Source: Mobula hypostoma (taxonomy: Eukaryota). From it: a stretch of 64,000 nt of DNA. The stretch spans positions 27,902,001 to 27,966,000 of the forward strand of contig NC_086097.1 in assembly GCF_963921235.1 (NCBI RefSeq), written 5' to 3'. Below are positions 12,184-25,336 of the stretch, piece by piece. The position numbers were made by a program, and so were the translations under genes. How positions within the stretch are numbered: position 1 is the first letter of the stretch; each line of letters starts with the position of its first letter. The notes under the pieces were generated by a model. That model made no database searches. It saw nothing but the letters and a program-made list of their open reading frames with translations, and was not told the origin of the DNA.

Positions 12184-13662
12184 CACATTTCCCCCACAAT
12201 CCGAAGGTAGAGCATTCCTATGAAACGGTTCGTAAGCCAGAATATCGTAAAGCGAAGAAGCAATTACCATTTATTTATATGGGAAAATTTTGTGAGCGTT
12301 CGCAGACCCAAAAATACCCTACCAAATAAAGCCACATAACACATAAAACCTAAAATAACAGTAACATATAGTAAAAGCAGGAACGATATGATAAATACAC
12401 AGCCTATATAAAGTAGAAATACTTTTCCACAATCATTGCCTGAACTGTTCTCCATAGCGAAAATCTCACACAAGCACTGTTGGCAGAAACACGCACAAGC
12501 GCTCTCGGCAGAAACACTCTCTCCAGTAACCTTTAAGCTATGAAGCTGCTAAATCATACCAAATAACACATAAAAACACAGCCGATATAAAGTAGAAATA
12601 ATGTATATACAGTGTAGTATCACTTACGGGAATTGGGAAAGCGCCGAGCACACTGATGATGGTGTGTTAGGCTGAGTCGTCAGAGTCTGGGGTGGTGCAG
12701 TGGCCCCCACCCTCCGGGCAGCGAACCGATACCGATCCGCGAAGCATGCAGCGGTCCAGCAGTAGCCGGCAGGCACACAGCGCATCTTTAAGAAAAAAGC
12801 AGAAATAAACAGGCTAATTAATTAGGTGCCGCCCGGCACGTAATTAATTAGCATGTTTATTTCGGCTTTTTTCTTAAAGATGCGCTGCATACCTCCCGAC
12901 TACCACTGCATTCTCCGCAAATCAGTATCTGTCCGCGGCCTGGGGGTTGGGGTGGTGGGACAATGGGGTGTCATCTCATCATCATCTGTTTCCATTAGGG
13001 TAGGCAGCTCATCTTCTTCTATCTCTGCCTGCCTCAATGTCGAAGGTCGAGGTTCATCGTCTGCTGTGGTTGATGCGGAAGGCTTGCTTGACTGCTTAGC
13101 CTCGCGCATTTTTAGATCATACAGTTCTTTGTAAGGACTCAAACCATCTTGCAAATATGCCCTAACCCGACGTACCCTTTCAAAATTAAAGTCGTACTTT
13201 ATCATTATTCATTCAGTTTCGATTGTTATCCTTTCCTCTTCCAATTGCATCAGCTCTTCATCTATCAGTTCTTGGTCATGGGACGCCAAAACCTCTTCAA
13301 CATCATCTTCGTCAACTTCCACAAGCCAAACTCACTTTGTCCTTCCTTCGTTCACCATGATCAAAACGCTTAATTATGTCTAGTTTTACGCTAAGTGTAA
13401 CATCCTTAGAAGCTCTTTTAGGCTTTTCTAGAACTCATCTTGCAAATGGCTGCTCACAGACACGTGTTTAAGCAATGCCGGCGAGAATGCCATTCCAAAT
13501 CCTGGGGAGAACCGCTGCTCGGAGTGCGCGCTGATTTTTTTGCGAGCTGTCTTTTTTCGTAACAGTGAAAACAGCTTCTGTTAGCGAAAACAGGGAACTA
13601 ATGTAGGTCTTTTGTAACAGTAAGGTTTCATAAGCGAATGTTTGAAAAGTGGGGGACACCTG
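12184..13662 (-). mobile_element. Tigger/pogo-type internally deleted DNA transposon
   Basis: TA at both flanks; TIRs cacatttcccccac / gtgggggacacctg; transposase remnant KYDFNFERVRRVRAYLQDGLSPYKELY; same element as 38173-39674. Confidence 0.88.
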
Positions 13663-13711
13663 TAGCATCAAATTATGCCTTTAAAGGAAATGTCTATCAC
13701 AGAAGGACGGC

Positions 13712-14312
13712 ATATGTGAAGCTGAGGCTTTATAAGCACTGGTGAGGCCTCATCTTGAGTATTGTGAACAGTTTTGGGCTCCTCATCTAAAAGATGTGCT
13801 GGCTTTGGAGAGGATTCAGAGGCGGTTCACAAGGATGATTCCAGGAATGAAAGGGTTATCATATGAGCAACGTTTGACAGCTCTGGGTCTGTACTCACTG
13901 GAATTTAGAGGGATGAGGGGGTATCTCAATGAAACATTTCGAATGTTTAAAGGTATAGACAGAGTAGATGTGGAATGGATGTTTCCCATAGTGGGGGAGT
14001 CAAGGACAAGAGAGCACAGCCTCAGGATAGAGGGGCATCTATTTAAAACAGTGATGCAGAGAAATTGCTTTAAGCAGAGGGTGGTGAATTTGTGGAATTT
14101 ATTATCACAGGCAGCTGTGGAGGCAAGGCCGTTGGGTTTACTTAAGGCAGAGCTTGATAGGTTCTTCACTGAATATAGCATCAAAGGTTATGGACAGAAG
14201 GCCAGGGAGTGAAGCAGAGAAGGGGAAAAGAAAGGATCAGCTATGATTGAATGGCAGAGCAAACTCGATGGGCCAAATGGCCTAATGCAGCTCCTATGTC
14301 TTATGGTCTATG
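13712..14312 (+). mobile_element. CR1 3' fragment
   Basis: RPHLEYCEQFWAP...VVNLWNLL; cttatggtct tail. Confidence 0.9.
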
Positions 14313-14339
14313 GAAAGGAGCACTAAGTAATTGCAACAA

Positions 14340-15530
14340 CTGCGTGGCATCGCACTTTTGTTAGTGCCCAGCAAGTTTCTCACCAAAGTTATTGTCTAAT
14401 GGATTACAGATGCTGTTGATGTATGCTTGAGGAAGGAGCAAGTTGGCTTTAGGAACACCAGAAACTGTGTAGACCATGCTGTGTATCATCAAAGAGCAGT
14501 GCACAGAGTGACAGAGACAAAAACATGTAAATTTTGTGGACTTTAAAGATGCCTTTGAAAACATCCATACTAGAGCCTCTGGTGAATTCTCAGTACATAC
14601 GGAGCCCCTCCAAAACTGTCCAGCTTATCCAGGGTTTTTACGCTAATTCCACCTGCATCGCTGGGGACTCCAATTTGAGCTTTGAAGTCAAGACAGAAGG
14701 CAGGCAAGGCTGTGTGATGTTGATGATATGGTTAAGCTGGTGATTGACTGGGTTAAAAGGCAAACAACAAAAGATAAACAGAGAGGCATTAAACAGAGAG
14801 ATTCTATTCTCTACTTTAGAAGACCTTGTCTTTGCAGATGATCTTGCATTACTATCACATACACAACAGCACATGCAAGAGAAAACTCAGCACCTGTGTA
14901 CCTTTGGTAGACAGGTTGGTCTCAGAATCAGCCAGAGAAAGACTGAGACTATGACCCTCAATGTAGAGTCTCCTCCTCCCGTCAAGGCATATGCCATCGA
15001 CTTAATTAGCACCAGATGACTTACCTACCTGGGCATCATTATTAGGTAAGATGGTGGGACCAAGGACGACATACACTGCAAATTCATCAAAGCTAGAAAT
15101 GTCTTCAGATCAATGAACAACATATGGGCATCAACCAAGTACAGCATCCAAACCAAGGTGAAGCTGTACCAGAGCCGTGTTCTGTCCACCCTCTTGTACA
15201 GGTCAGAATGCTGGCACATGACACAGAGTGACCTTGCCAAGCTGTTGTCATTCCACACCATGAGCCTCTGGAAGTTTCTCCCTATTTTCTGGCCAAGAAA
15301 GATCTTCAGCCACGCCTTACTCCCTCAGTATCATCATGAAGTCAGCACATCATTGGACCCCAGAAGGGAGGAGGAAACACGGGAGACCAAAGACAACTTG
15401 GCACCATACTGAAGAGGCAAAAACGAAGACCCTCAACCACACTTAGGGCACAATTGAGAAAATGGCAAAGGACAGACAGAGATGAAGGACCTTCATTACT
15501 ACCCTAAACACCAGCGGCAAATAGCGAGAG
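14340..15530 (+). mobile_element. RTE-clade LINE RT fragment, decayed
   Basis: FEVKTEGRQGCVM, LEDLVFADDLALLSHT, TKVKLYQSRVLSTLLY-SECW motifs. Confidence 0.8.
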
Positions 15531-15699
15531 GGCAAAAGTCTTTTAATCATCCCAAGGATGGCTTTTGCCAAGAGTTTTGTCATGAGCTTATTACTCTACA
15601 CACAGAACGCTACAATACAGTACAGGCCCTTCAGCCCGTGCTGTTGTGCCAACTTATTAACCTTCTCTACGATCAATTTAACTCTTCCCTCCTACATAG

Positions 15700-16124
15700 T
15701 GTTGTTGTGTGAATGAGGTCACCAGAGATGAGTACTGGTAGATACAAAGCAGCTTTTTATTTGACAAAACAAGGTACAGCAGGCATCATACAGAGATATT
15801 TTTGGTCGAAAGGTCTGATAGCCCAATGTAGGGCTTGATATTTTATGTGCTAAACATCAAAGGACAATTCTTTATTTACAATGTATGGACAGTGCTTTCT
15901 TTGAAACTGCACACAAGCTTCACACCTCCCGATCTGCATGCACACCACAGATATCCAAATGAATTTTAATCAGCATTGTCTGGTCTAGGATTCACAGCTT
16001 TTTGGAACTCATTGTTCAGAGTTGCACTCCAAATTAAATCCACAATACATACTTAGATGTGAAGACTGGTAGGCAAAGTCATTTGCTAAATGTAAATGTG
16101 CTAAACCCAAAAACAGCCCTAACC
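15700..16124 (-). mobile_element. Probable solo LTR inside a minus-strand CR1 3' tail (about 15600-16370)
   Basis: 5-bp TSD CATAG (15695-15699, 16125-16129); begins TGTTG, other end degenerate (taacc); AATAAA on the minus strand near 15760. Confidence 0.65.
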
Positions 16125-16851
16125 CATAGCCTTCCACTTTCTATCAACCATGTGGCTTCCTAAGATGATCTTAAATGCCCCTGGTGTATCTGCCTCCACC
16201 ACCTCTGGCAGGGTGTTCCATGTACCCACCACTCTCTGCGTAAAGAACTTACCTCTGACAACCCCATTATACTTCCCTCCAGTCATCTTAAAATTATGTC
16301 CCCTTGGTATTAGACATTTTCATCCTGGGATAAAAGTCTCTTTCTATTCACTCAATAACGGACACTTGATATATCTGGTGAAAGGCCAGTTATTTTACGA
16401 AGAAATTCACCATCCAACTTTCCACAGCTGATTTATCAGAAAATATGCAAATGAAGAAGACTACTTTGCTGAAAAAAATTGTTTTTCATATTGCTCATCT
16501 TTTTTCTTTAGGGTGATTAATGCATTAAATAGGTTATTCATATCACACAGCACTTGTGGTTAATAAACTGTGGTTCGTGTGAGCATTTGAACTATAGCGA
16601 AGAAATGTATTCTGAGGAAACACTAGACCTCAAGAGAGATGTAGCTCATATTATCTACAGTTGCCATCTAAAAGGGACAGGAAGCTTCCCTGCCTCTAGA
16701 TCAGTAAAGCAGATGAAAAGAAATAACTTCAAAATAGAAAGAAAAAATGCTAGAAGGAAACTAGATTTACCTACATTACTAAAGAGGGCATTTAGACATT
16801 TGGTACACATAACATATTCTACCTTCCATCTGGCTTCTTAAAATTTCTACA

Positions 16852-17228
16852 GATGTACACTCTCTCACGGTGGTGTCTGAAAAGAGGATGCTGTCTAAGT
16901 TGCATGCCATCTTGGTCAGTGTCTCCCATCCACTACATAATGTACTGGGTGGGCACAGGAGTACATTCAGCCAGAGACTCATCCCACCGAGATGCAGCAC
17001 TGAGCGTCACAGGAAGTCATTCCTGCCTGTGGCCATCAAACTTTACAACTCCTCCCTTGAGGGTCAGACATCCTGAGCCAATAGGCTGGTCCTGGACCTA
17101 TTTCATAATTTACTGGCATAATTTACATATTACTATTTAACTATTTATGGTTCTATTACTATTTATTATTTATGGAGCAACTGTAACGAAAACCAAATTT
17201 CCCCCGGGATTAGTAAAGTATGACTATG
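16852..17228 (+). mobile_element. Rex1/Babar LINE 3' end
   Basis: SHPLH...RCSTERHRKSFLPVAIKLYN C-terminus and 3' UTR. Confidence 0.75.
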
Positions 17229-17229
17229 G

Positions 17230-17640
17230 TGAGCATTCTGTCTGGGTGTATCACATTATGGTTTGGAGGATGCATAGATCATGCGGTTGCAGAGGGTTGT
17301 AGACTCAGCCAGCTCCACCACAGGCACAACCCTCTCCACCATTTTCAAGAGATGGTGCCTCAAGAAGGCAGCTTTCTTCACTAAGGACCCTCACCATTTG
17401 GGAAATGTCCTCTTTCCATTATTACTACCAGGGAGGTGGAACTGGAGCCTGAAAACCCACACTCTATGATTCAGAAACAGTTCTTCATTTCCACCATCAG
17501 ATTTACAAAAACTCCATGAATACTACCTCATTATTCTGTTTTTAAAACTAGTTATTTCTGACATTTGTAGCAATTTTGCATCTTTGCTGCTGCCAGAAAA
17601 ATACAAATTTCATGTCAGTGATGATAAATCTGATTTTAAT
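17230..17640 (+). mobile_element. Rex1/Babar-like LINE 3' end (second family)
   Basis: LQRVVDSA...KDPHHLGNVLFPLLLPGR; related to 5517-5951 (further copies near 27800-28075 and 41840-42220). Confidence 0.7.
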
Positions 17641-17784
17641 AACTGCAGTGAGATTCTAAGAAGCAATAGTAAAATGAGCATTGCATCCAAAATATTATGC
17701 TTTTTGGGCAAAGTTCTAATCAATACACACTAAAAGCTCAGCGAGTCAAGCAGCATCTATAAAGGGAAATGAACAGTGAATGTA

Positions 17785-18478
17785 CCCGAAAGGTTAATCT
17801 CCAGGTTGAATCGGTGGTGAAGCAGGTGAATGCAATATTGGCATTCATTTCTAGAGGTATAGAATACAAGAGCAGGGATGTGACATTGAGGCTCTGTAAG
17901 GCACTCGTGAGACCACACTTAGAGTATTGTGTGCAGTTTTGGGCTCCTTATTTTAGAAAGCATATACTGACATTGGAAAGGGTTCAGAGAAGATTCACGA
18001 GAATAATTCCAGGAATTAAAGGGTTACCGTATGAGGAACATCTGGCAGCTCTTGGGCTGTATTCCCTGGAGTTCAGCAGAATGAGGTGGGATCTCGTAGA
18101 AACATTCCAAATGTTAAAAGGCCTGAACAGATTAGACATAGCAAAGTTATTTCCCATGGTAGGGGAGTCTAGGACAAGAGGGCACGACTTCAGGATTTAA
18201 GGACGTCCATTTAGAACTGAGATACAGAGAAATTATTTTAGTCAGAGGGTGGTAAATCTGTGGAATTTGTTGCCATGAGTGGCTGTGGAGGCTAAGTCAT
18301 TGGGTGCATTTAAGGCAGAGATAGAGAGGTTCTTGATTAACCAGGAATCAAAGGGTATGGGGAGAAGGCAGGGGAGTGGGGATGACTAAAAGAATTAGAT
18401 CAGCCCATGATTGAATGGCAGAGTAGACTTGACGGGCTGAATGGCCTACTTCTGCTCCTATATTTTATGGTCTTATGA
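17785..18478 (+). mobile_element. CR1 3' fragment
   Basis: LVRPHLEYCVQFWAPY; ttatggtcttatg tail. Confidence 0.9.
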
Positions 18479-19486
18479 TCCAAGACGGGTCCTGCTTGAT
18501 GGTGCCATGATCCGAGTCGGGTCCCACACAAAATACAGGGAAATTCGACAAGTGTGTTGACATTAAAAAAATTCAAAATGTGTGTGTCTATGTGAACTCT
18601 GATTGTGTGTGCGTGAATGGTTGTGTGAAAGTCCTCTGCCCCGGACCTGTAAAGGGCTCCGGCAGTATCCATGTTTGTACCATTAAGTATGTTAAGAAGT
18701 ATGTTTAAGTGTGGGGAATAGATTAAGTGTGTGTCTGCAGATATATTGCTAGAGAAAAGTAAATATGCCAAGACTGTAGGGCGGTTTGTGTTTGTTTAAC
18801 ATAGATGTGAAAACGATTAGAAAAAGCAGAGGAAGTGTGCAAATGTTAAAGAAGGAAAAGACACAGAAAGAACGAAGTATAAAACTACCTTGGTGTATGA
18901 AATGAAACAATTAGCACCAGAGGCTGAGGATGAACTAAGTGCTGTACTCATCTTCCCCAAGCACTGTTTCAACAAGGTCCATGCCAAATGGCACCTCTCA
19001 AGTATTCAATGAGGCTGGCATCTGCCAGTGCCCTGTGGCAATTCCTAATTGCACCATGGGAGATGGGAGGTGGAGGTGTGCAGAGGGACTGAGCAAAATG
19101 TTGATTTAAATATGTCTTGAACTCATCTAGTAGGAGCCCTAAGAAAACATTTCCTTCACACTGCAGCTTGGCATATAACAAAGTGTCAGAAAAGAGACAA
19201 TGAATATGTAGGATGTGTGCATAAATGTTTTCAAAAAAAATTTTCGCTTTAATTCTAGAAGCAGGATGCCTGTCTTAATCAATGTTATTGTAAATAAGTT
19301 GCAACGTAATGTAGGTTAAAGGAAAAAATTATACCATTGTGTGAGAAGAGAAAAGTTAAATAAAATTGCAAATGTTTTACAATACTGCCAAAAGCAAATA
19401 CAACGTCAAGGTAATAATAGTGTTGGGGTGAAATGGGGACAATTCCTGGCTGCTTTACTCTAGCCTCTGGGCAAATGGTACGCTGT

Positions 19487-21340
19487 AACACACACAAAAT
19501 GCTGGAGGTCAGGAAGCATCTATGGTAATGAATAAACAGTGACATTGCAAGCCAAGACCCTTCTTCACAACTGAGAAGGAAGGAGGAAGATGCCAGAATA
19601 AATAGGTGGGGGGAAAGGGAAGCAGGCCATCTGGAAGGTGGTAAGTGAAGCCAGGTGGGTGGGAAAGGTCAAGGACTGGAGAAGTAGGAATCTGATATAG
19701 GAGTGGCCCATAGGAGAAAGGGAAGGAGGGGGGACCTGGGGGGGGGAGAGTAATAAGCAGGTGAGAAGATGTGAAAGGCCAGAGTGAAGAATAGAGGAAG
19801 GGAGAGGGGAAATGTTTTACCTGAAGGAGAAATCAATGCTCACGCCACCAAGTTGGAGGCTACCCAGACGGAATACAAGGTGTTGCTCCTTCACCCCAAG
19901 GGTGGCCTCCTCTTGGCACAAGAGGAGAACATGGACCAACATGTCGTAATGGGAATGGGTTTGGGAATGAAAATGTTTGGCCACCAGGAAGTTCCGCTTG
20001 TGATGGATTGTGTGGGGGTGCTTGACGATGCTGTACTCCAATTTATGATGGGTCTCATCAATGTAGAGGCTGCAGCGGGAGCACTAGACACAGAAGACTA
20101 CCTCAGCAGATTCACAAGTTAGGTGATGCTTCACCTCAAAGGACTGTTTGGTGCCCTGAATGGAGGTGAGGAAGGTGTCTGAGCAGGTGTAGCACTTGGG
20201 CTTGCAGCGATATGTGCTGGGAAGGAGATAGTAGGGAATTCATATCCTCATACCTTGATTCCATACTACGAGGGGTGATTGATAAGTTTGTGGCCTAGGG
20301 TAGAAGGAGTCAATTTTAGAAAACCTAGCACACTTATTTTTCAACATAGTCGCCTCCTACATTTACACACTTAGTCCAGTGGTCGTGGAGCATTCGGATC
20401 TTGGACCTCCAGAAAGTGTCCACAGCAGGGGTGATTGATAAGCTCGTGGCCTAAGGTAGAAGGAGATGAGTTATTAACTTCAAACTTTCTGCATAATCAC
20501 TCAAAGAGTTGAACTGTATGTGCATGTAACGAGAGCTGTATAACTCATCTCCTTCTACCTTAGGCCACGAACTTATCAATCACCCCTGCTGTGGACACTT
20601 TCTGGAGGTCCAAGATCCGTATGCTCCACGACCGCTGGCTTAAGTGTGTAAATGTAGGAGGGGACTATGTTGAAAAATAAATGTGCTAGGTTTTCTAAAA
20701 CTGACTCCTTTTACCTTAGACCACAAACTTATCAATCACCCCTCGTACATCCCTTGTTTCATTCACTTTCCATCTACATCTATGATACTTCTCCCACCCT
20801 CGATATCCTTAGTAACTTTCAATTCCCTAGTCCTGAATGCCTCTTCACCATGGATGTTCAGTCCCTATATACTTTTAACCTCCATCAAGGCCTCAAAGCT
20901 CTCTGCTTCTTTCTTGACAAAATAACCAACCAATTCCCCTCCACCACCACCATTCTCTGGCACGACTGGTGCTCACTCTCAATAAGTTTTCCTTTGCCTC
21001 CTCACACTTTCTCCAAACTCAAAGGGTAGCCATGGGCACATGCATGGGCCCCAGCAAGCCTGCCTCTTCATTGGTTATGTAGAACAGTCCAGGTTCGAAG
21101 CCTTCCCCGGGAACAGCATTTTTACAAGAGACAAGGTGGGAAGAGGTATAGCCGAGCCAACCCTGGGAATTAGAAGGTTTATAAAAAGATGATAGTGATC
21201 ATTTGTCTCTAGAGATGGTACGTGGACAGAAAAGGATTTGAAGGTTATCGACAAATGCATGGAAATGGAATGGGGGGGGAGGTGAATTTGAGGGCAGGGT
21301 GGAAGTTAGAGGCAAAGTTGACAAAGTGGACCAGTCTCCA
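19487..21340. mobile_element. Rearranged Penelope-like element (minus terminus/GIY-YIG 19487-20240, plus RT 20241-21110, minus RT 21115-21340)
   Basis: KEQHLVFRLGSLQ on minus; PLE RT motif FTMDVQSLYT on plus; FASNFHPALKFT on minus. Confidence 0.75.
20269..20745. mobile_element. Mariner-type MITE with 206-bp inverted arms
   Basis: TA|CGAGGGGTGATTGATAAG...CTTATCAATCACCCCTCG|TA; arms 20269-20474 and 20540-20745. Confidence 0.92.
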
Positions 21341-21744
21341 TTGGAAGTCAGGCTTCACTAACAGTACTTGCCTTTCTCTAGGTTTGTAGCTCCTTGTCTG
21401 CTAGGTGCCATCTATGTGTTTTGTAGATAACAGGCAAATGTTGATCTTCTAACAACAAAACTATATATTTGGTACAACCTCTGCTAAGTCTACTTTGAAT
21501 GCAAATTCATACATTTCATTTCATAGGGTTATACAGTGCAAAAATAGGAATTTTGTTCAACTAATCCATGCCAGCCAAGATACCTGTTATGCCAATTCCA
21601 TTTCCATACATTTGCTGATTTCCTTCTAAACCTTTTTTATCCAAGTACCAAGTGCTTTTTAAATGGTGTCATTCATAAATTGTTTATTTTGTCATGTTTA
21701 TTGAGGTACAGTGAATAATCTTTGTTTTGCATGCCATCTATACA

Positions 21745-22164
21745 CAGACATCCATCCCACCCTGCAAAAACTCAATTCAGTAAGGTAGCACCATCAATTT
21801 GCGGGAGACTTCTGGGAGAGGTGGGATGTCTGCAATAGAGTAGCTCCTTAGCAGCTAACCAGCTAGTTCACTGTCATTATTTTTGACCTCTATTAGGCAA
21901 GGGTACACTTTAGTGTAGTCTGGGGTGACGTACGTTTTATATTTTTTTGGAACACTCTGCCATGGCGCGCTGTCGCTCTCTCGCTTGCTTTCTCTCGCGC
22001 TCTCGCTTGCTTTCTCTCACGCTCTCTCTCTCCCTTGCTTTCTCTTGCTCGCTCGCTCCCAAAAAAATAGATTTCCGTGATATTCTATATAATTTGCGGG
22101 CATCAGGGAGCCACTATTGATATGCGGGAGACTCCTGGAACTTCCGGGAGAGGTAGGATGTCTG
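21745..22164. mobile_element. Unclassified MITE with 6-bp TSD
   Basis: TIR CAGACATCC/GGATGTCTG; TSD TATACA (21739-21744, 22165-22170); repeated GCGGGAGACT motifs. Confidence 0.8.
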
Positions 22165-23899
22165 TATACAGATCAGTTCATCACAACAGTGGATTGAGTT
22201 AGTACAAGGTAAAACAATAACAATACAGAATAAAGTGTTATAGTTCAAAGAAAGGGCAGTACAAGTAGACAATAAGGTTTAAGGCCTAAATGAGGTAAAT
22301 TGAGGTCAAGAGTGACATATACAAAATGCTGGAAGAACTCTGGATGTTTATTCCTTTCCATAAATGCTTCTATATTTTGGACTGTGCCCCTTCATCAGGA
22401 CTGGACAGGAAGGTGGAAGAAGTCAGAAGAAGAAAGTGGGGGGAGGAGAAGGAGTACAAGTTTCAAGGTGAAATGTGAAATCAGGTGGGGGGATGAGGGG
22501 GTAATGAAATAAATTAGGAGGTGAGAGGTGGAAAAGGTAAAGGGCTGAAGAAGAAGCAAATTTTCTTGGTGAGTGTTTTAGAAGAACATATGGGGGGAGG
22601 TGTCAGAAGTATTTTTTTAAAAATAGTGTTAGATGCATGAAACTCACTGCCAGAGGTAGTGGTAGAGGCAGGTACATTATGGACATTTAAAAACTCCAGA
22701 TAAGCACATGGATGATTGAAAAATAGAGGTTATTTTTGGAGAGAAGAGTTAGATTGATTGTAGAGCGAGTTAAAAGTCATTGTGGGTCAAAGGGCCTCTA
22801 CTGTAATGTAATGTTCTATTTTCTAAATCCGAGTAATTAGGAGTTGAGTTTAAATGAACTTCTTAAAAACTGTTCTTCTGTGATACCATTAATTTAAATC
22901 AAAAGATATGCAATGCATTTAGTGGACTAGAGTGTTTCTCTTCTTGAATCTCCACTCTGTTCGCAGATTAGATGCCATACCAAGTTAACGATTGGATCAG
23001 CCTCAGATATACATCTACATGACTCAGTGTGGCTTGCAGAAAACAATTTTCACAGCTAAGCATTATGAAGATAAATTTTACTAAAGCTGAGATATGAAAT
23101 TTAGCTTCCTAATTAACTGATCTTTCTATTTATATTTTATTAGTTATCTAGTCTTTAAAGGCTAATTCATTTCCAGTTGTTTGAGCTAATTACAAAAGTT
23201 AATACTAGAGCTCCTCATGAATTTAATTTCATTGAAGTGTATGCACTTTTTAAAATGTATAAAACCTGTTAATGCTTGTTCACTTCAAGTGAAAGAACCA
23301 CTGGCTTTCTTATAACAACTTCATTGAGCTATTCTTGATGTGCCCTTCATGCAAAGACTTTGAAAACTCTTCCATCCTATTGTTAGAATAAAACGTGTAA
23401 TTTAAGTTACAGTCAATCTCCGACCAGTTTTGGCTGAAAAATGTGGCCTATTTGGATGTAGGTCACTCTTAAAAATAAACACATCATCCACTGATACTTA
23501 AGTAGGTTTCTAATCTGTGCCATCCCTGCCAAATATATCTACATTATTTTAAGTATTTTCTTAAGTTAGCTTCTGAACACCTCCTCAATTTAAGTCATTC
23601 CATTTTCCTTTAGACTATTTATTGACCCTCCTCATGGAGATTGCTGAAGCTATCAGTTCCTCAGCTGTCATTCCCTGACCACACTTTTGCACTTCTCCTA
23701 AGCAATGTACTAAGAGCTAGAGGAACTCAGCAGCCAGGCAGCAACTATGGAGGGAAATAGACAGTTGAAATTTCAGGACGAGACTCTTCACTAGGGCATC
23801 TTTTGCTCATTTGCTCTTCTAATTGTGTCTGATAATCCACCTTTGAATGATAATCCATCTTTGAAGGGTTTACAGAAGTCTTGCTAAATTAAAGATATA

Positions 23900-25336
23900 C
23901 ACTCAGTGGCCACTTTATTAGGTACCTGTTCTACCTAATAGGTTGGGTGTGTTGTGGATAGTGTGGAGGGCTGTCAGAGATTACAACAGGACATTGATAG
24001 GATGCAAAACTGGGCTGAGAAATGGCAGATGGAGTTCAACCCAGATAAGTGTGAGGTGGTTTATTTTGGTAAGTCAAATATAATGGCAGAATATAGTATT
24101 AATGGTAAGACTCTTGGCGGTGCGGAGGATCAGAGAGATCTTGGGGTCCGAGTCCATAGGACACTCAAAGCAGCTGCGCAGCTTGACTCTGTGGTTAAGA
24201 AGGCATACGGTGCATTGGCCTTCATCGATCATGGGATTGAGTTCAAGAGCCGAGAGGTAATGTTGCAGCTGTATAGGACCCGGGTCAGGCCCCACTTGGA
24301 GTACTGTGCTCAGTTCTGGTCGCCTCACTACGGGAAGGATGTGGATACCATAGAAAGGGTACGGAGGAGATTTACAAGGATGTTGCCTGGATTGGGGAGC
24401 ATGCCTTATGAAAACAGTTTGAGTGAACTCGGCCTTTTCTCCTTGGAGCGATGGAGGATGAGAGGTGACCTGATAGAGGTGTATAAGATGATGAGAGGCA
24501 TTGATCGTGTGGATAGTCAGAGGGTTTTCCCCAGGGCTGAACTGGCTAGCACAAGAGGGCATAGTTTTAAGATGCTTGGAAGTAGGTACAGAGGAGATGT
24601 CAGGGGTATTTTTTTTATATAACGCAGAGAGTGGTGAGCACATGGAATGGGCTGCCGGCAGCGGTGGTGGGGGCTGAAACGATAGGGTCTTTTAAGAGAC
24701 TCCTGGATGGCTAAATGGAGATTAGAAGAATAGAGGGCTATGGGTAAAGCCTAGGTAGTTCTAAGGTAGGGACATGTTCGGCACAGCTTTGTGGGCTGAA
24801 GGGCCTGTATGCTTTCTATATTTCTATAAAGTAGGTACTCAGTATATATTTCTGGTTTTCCTCTGCTCCACTTCAAGGTTCAATGTGTTGTGCATTCAGA
24901 GATGCTCTTCTGCACACTAGTGTTGCAATGTGTGATTATTTGAGTTACTGTTGCCTTCCTATTGGCTTGAACCAGTCGCGCCAAACTCCTCTGACCGCTC
25001 TCATTAACCAAGGCATTTTCACTCAAACAGATGCTGCTCACTGGATGGTGTTTTGTTTATTGCACCATTCTCTGTAAACTATAGAGAATGTTGTGGGAGA
25101 AATCCCAGGAGATCGACAGGTTGAGATACTCAAACCACCCCGTCTGGCACCAAAGGTTAAAGTCACTTAGATCACATTTCTTCCCCCATTCTGATGCTTG
25201 CTCTGAACAACAACTGAACTCTTTGATCATGTCTACATGTTCTTATGCACTGAGTTGCTACCACATGATTGACAGATTATGCACTTACATTATCAAGCAG
25301 GTACATAAGTGTACCTAATAAAGTAGCCACTGAGTG
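23900..25336. mobile_element. Tc1-type non-autonomous element interrupted by a CR1
   Basis: TA|CACTCAGTGGCCACTTTATTAGGTAC ... GTACCTAATAAAGTAGCCACTGAGTG|TA; second truncated copy at about 29258-29665. Confidence 0.85.
23941..24826 (+). mobile_element. CR1 3' fragment with open 222-aa ORF2 end
   Basis: WAEKWQMEFNPDKC, RPHLEYCAQFWSP; (TTTCTAT) tail. Confidence 0.92.

Noticed and set aside
24074..24643. Long antisense ORFs over CR1, Gypsy and Penelope sequence (also 48084-48566, 55997-56392, 57804-58142)
   Set aside because: Shadow frames of TE coding or low-complexity sequence
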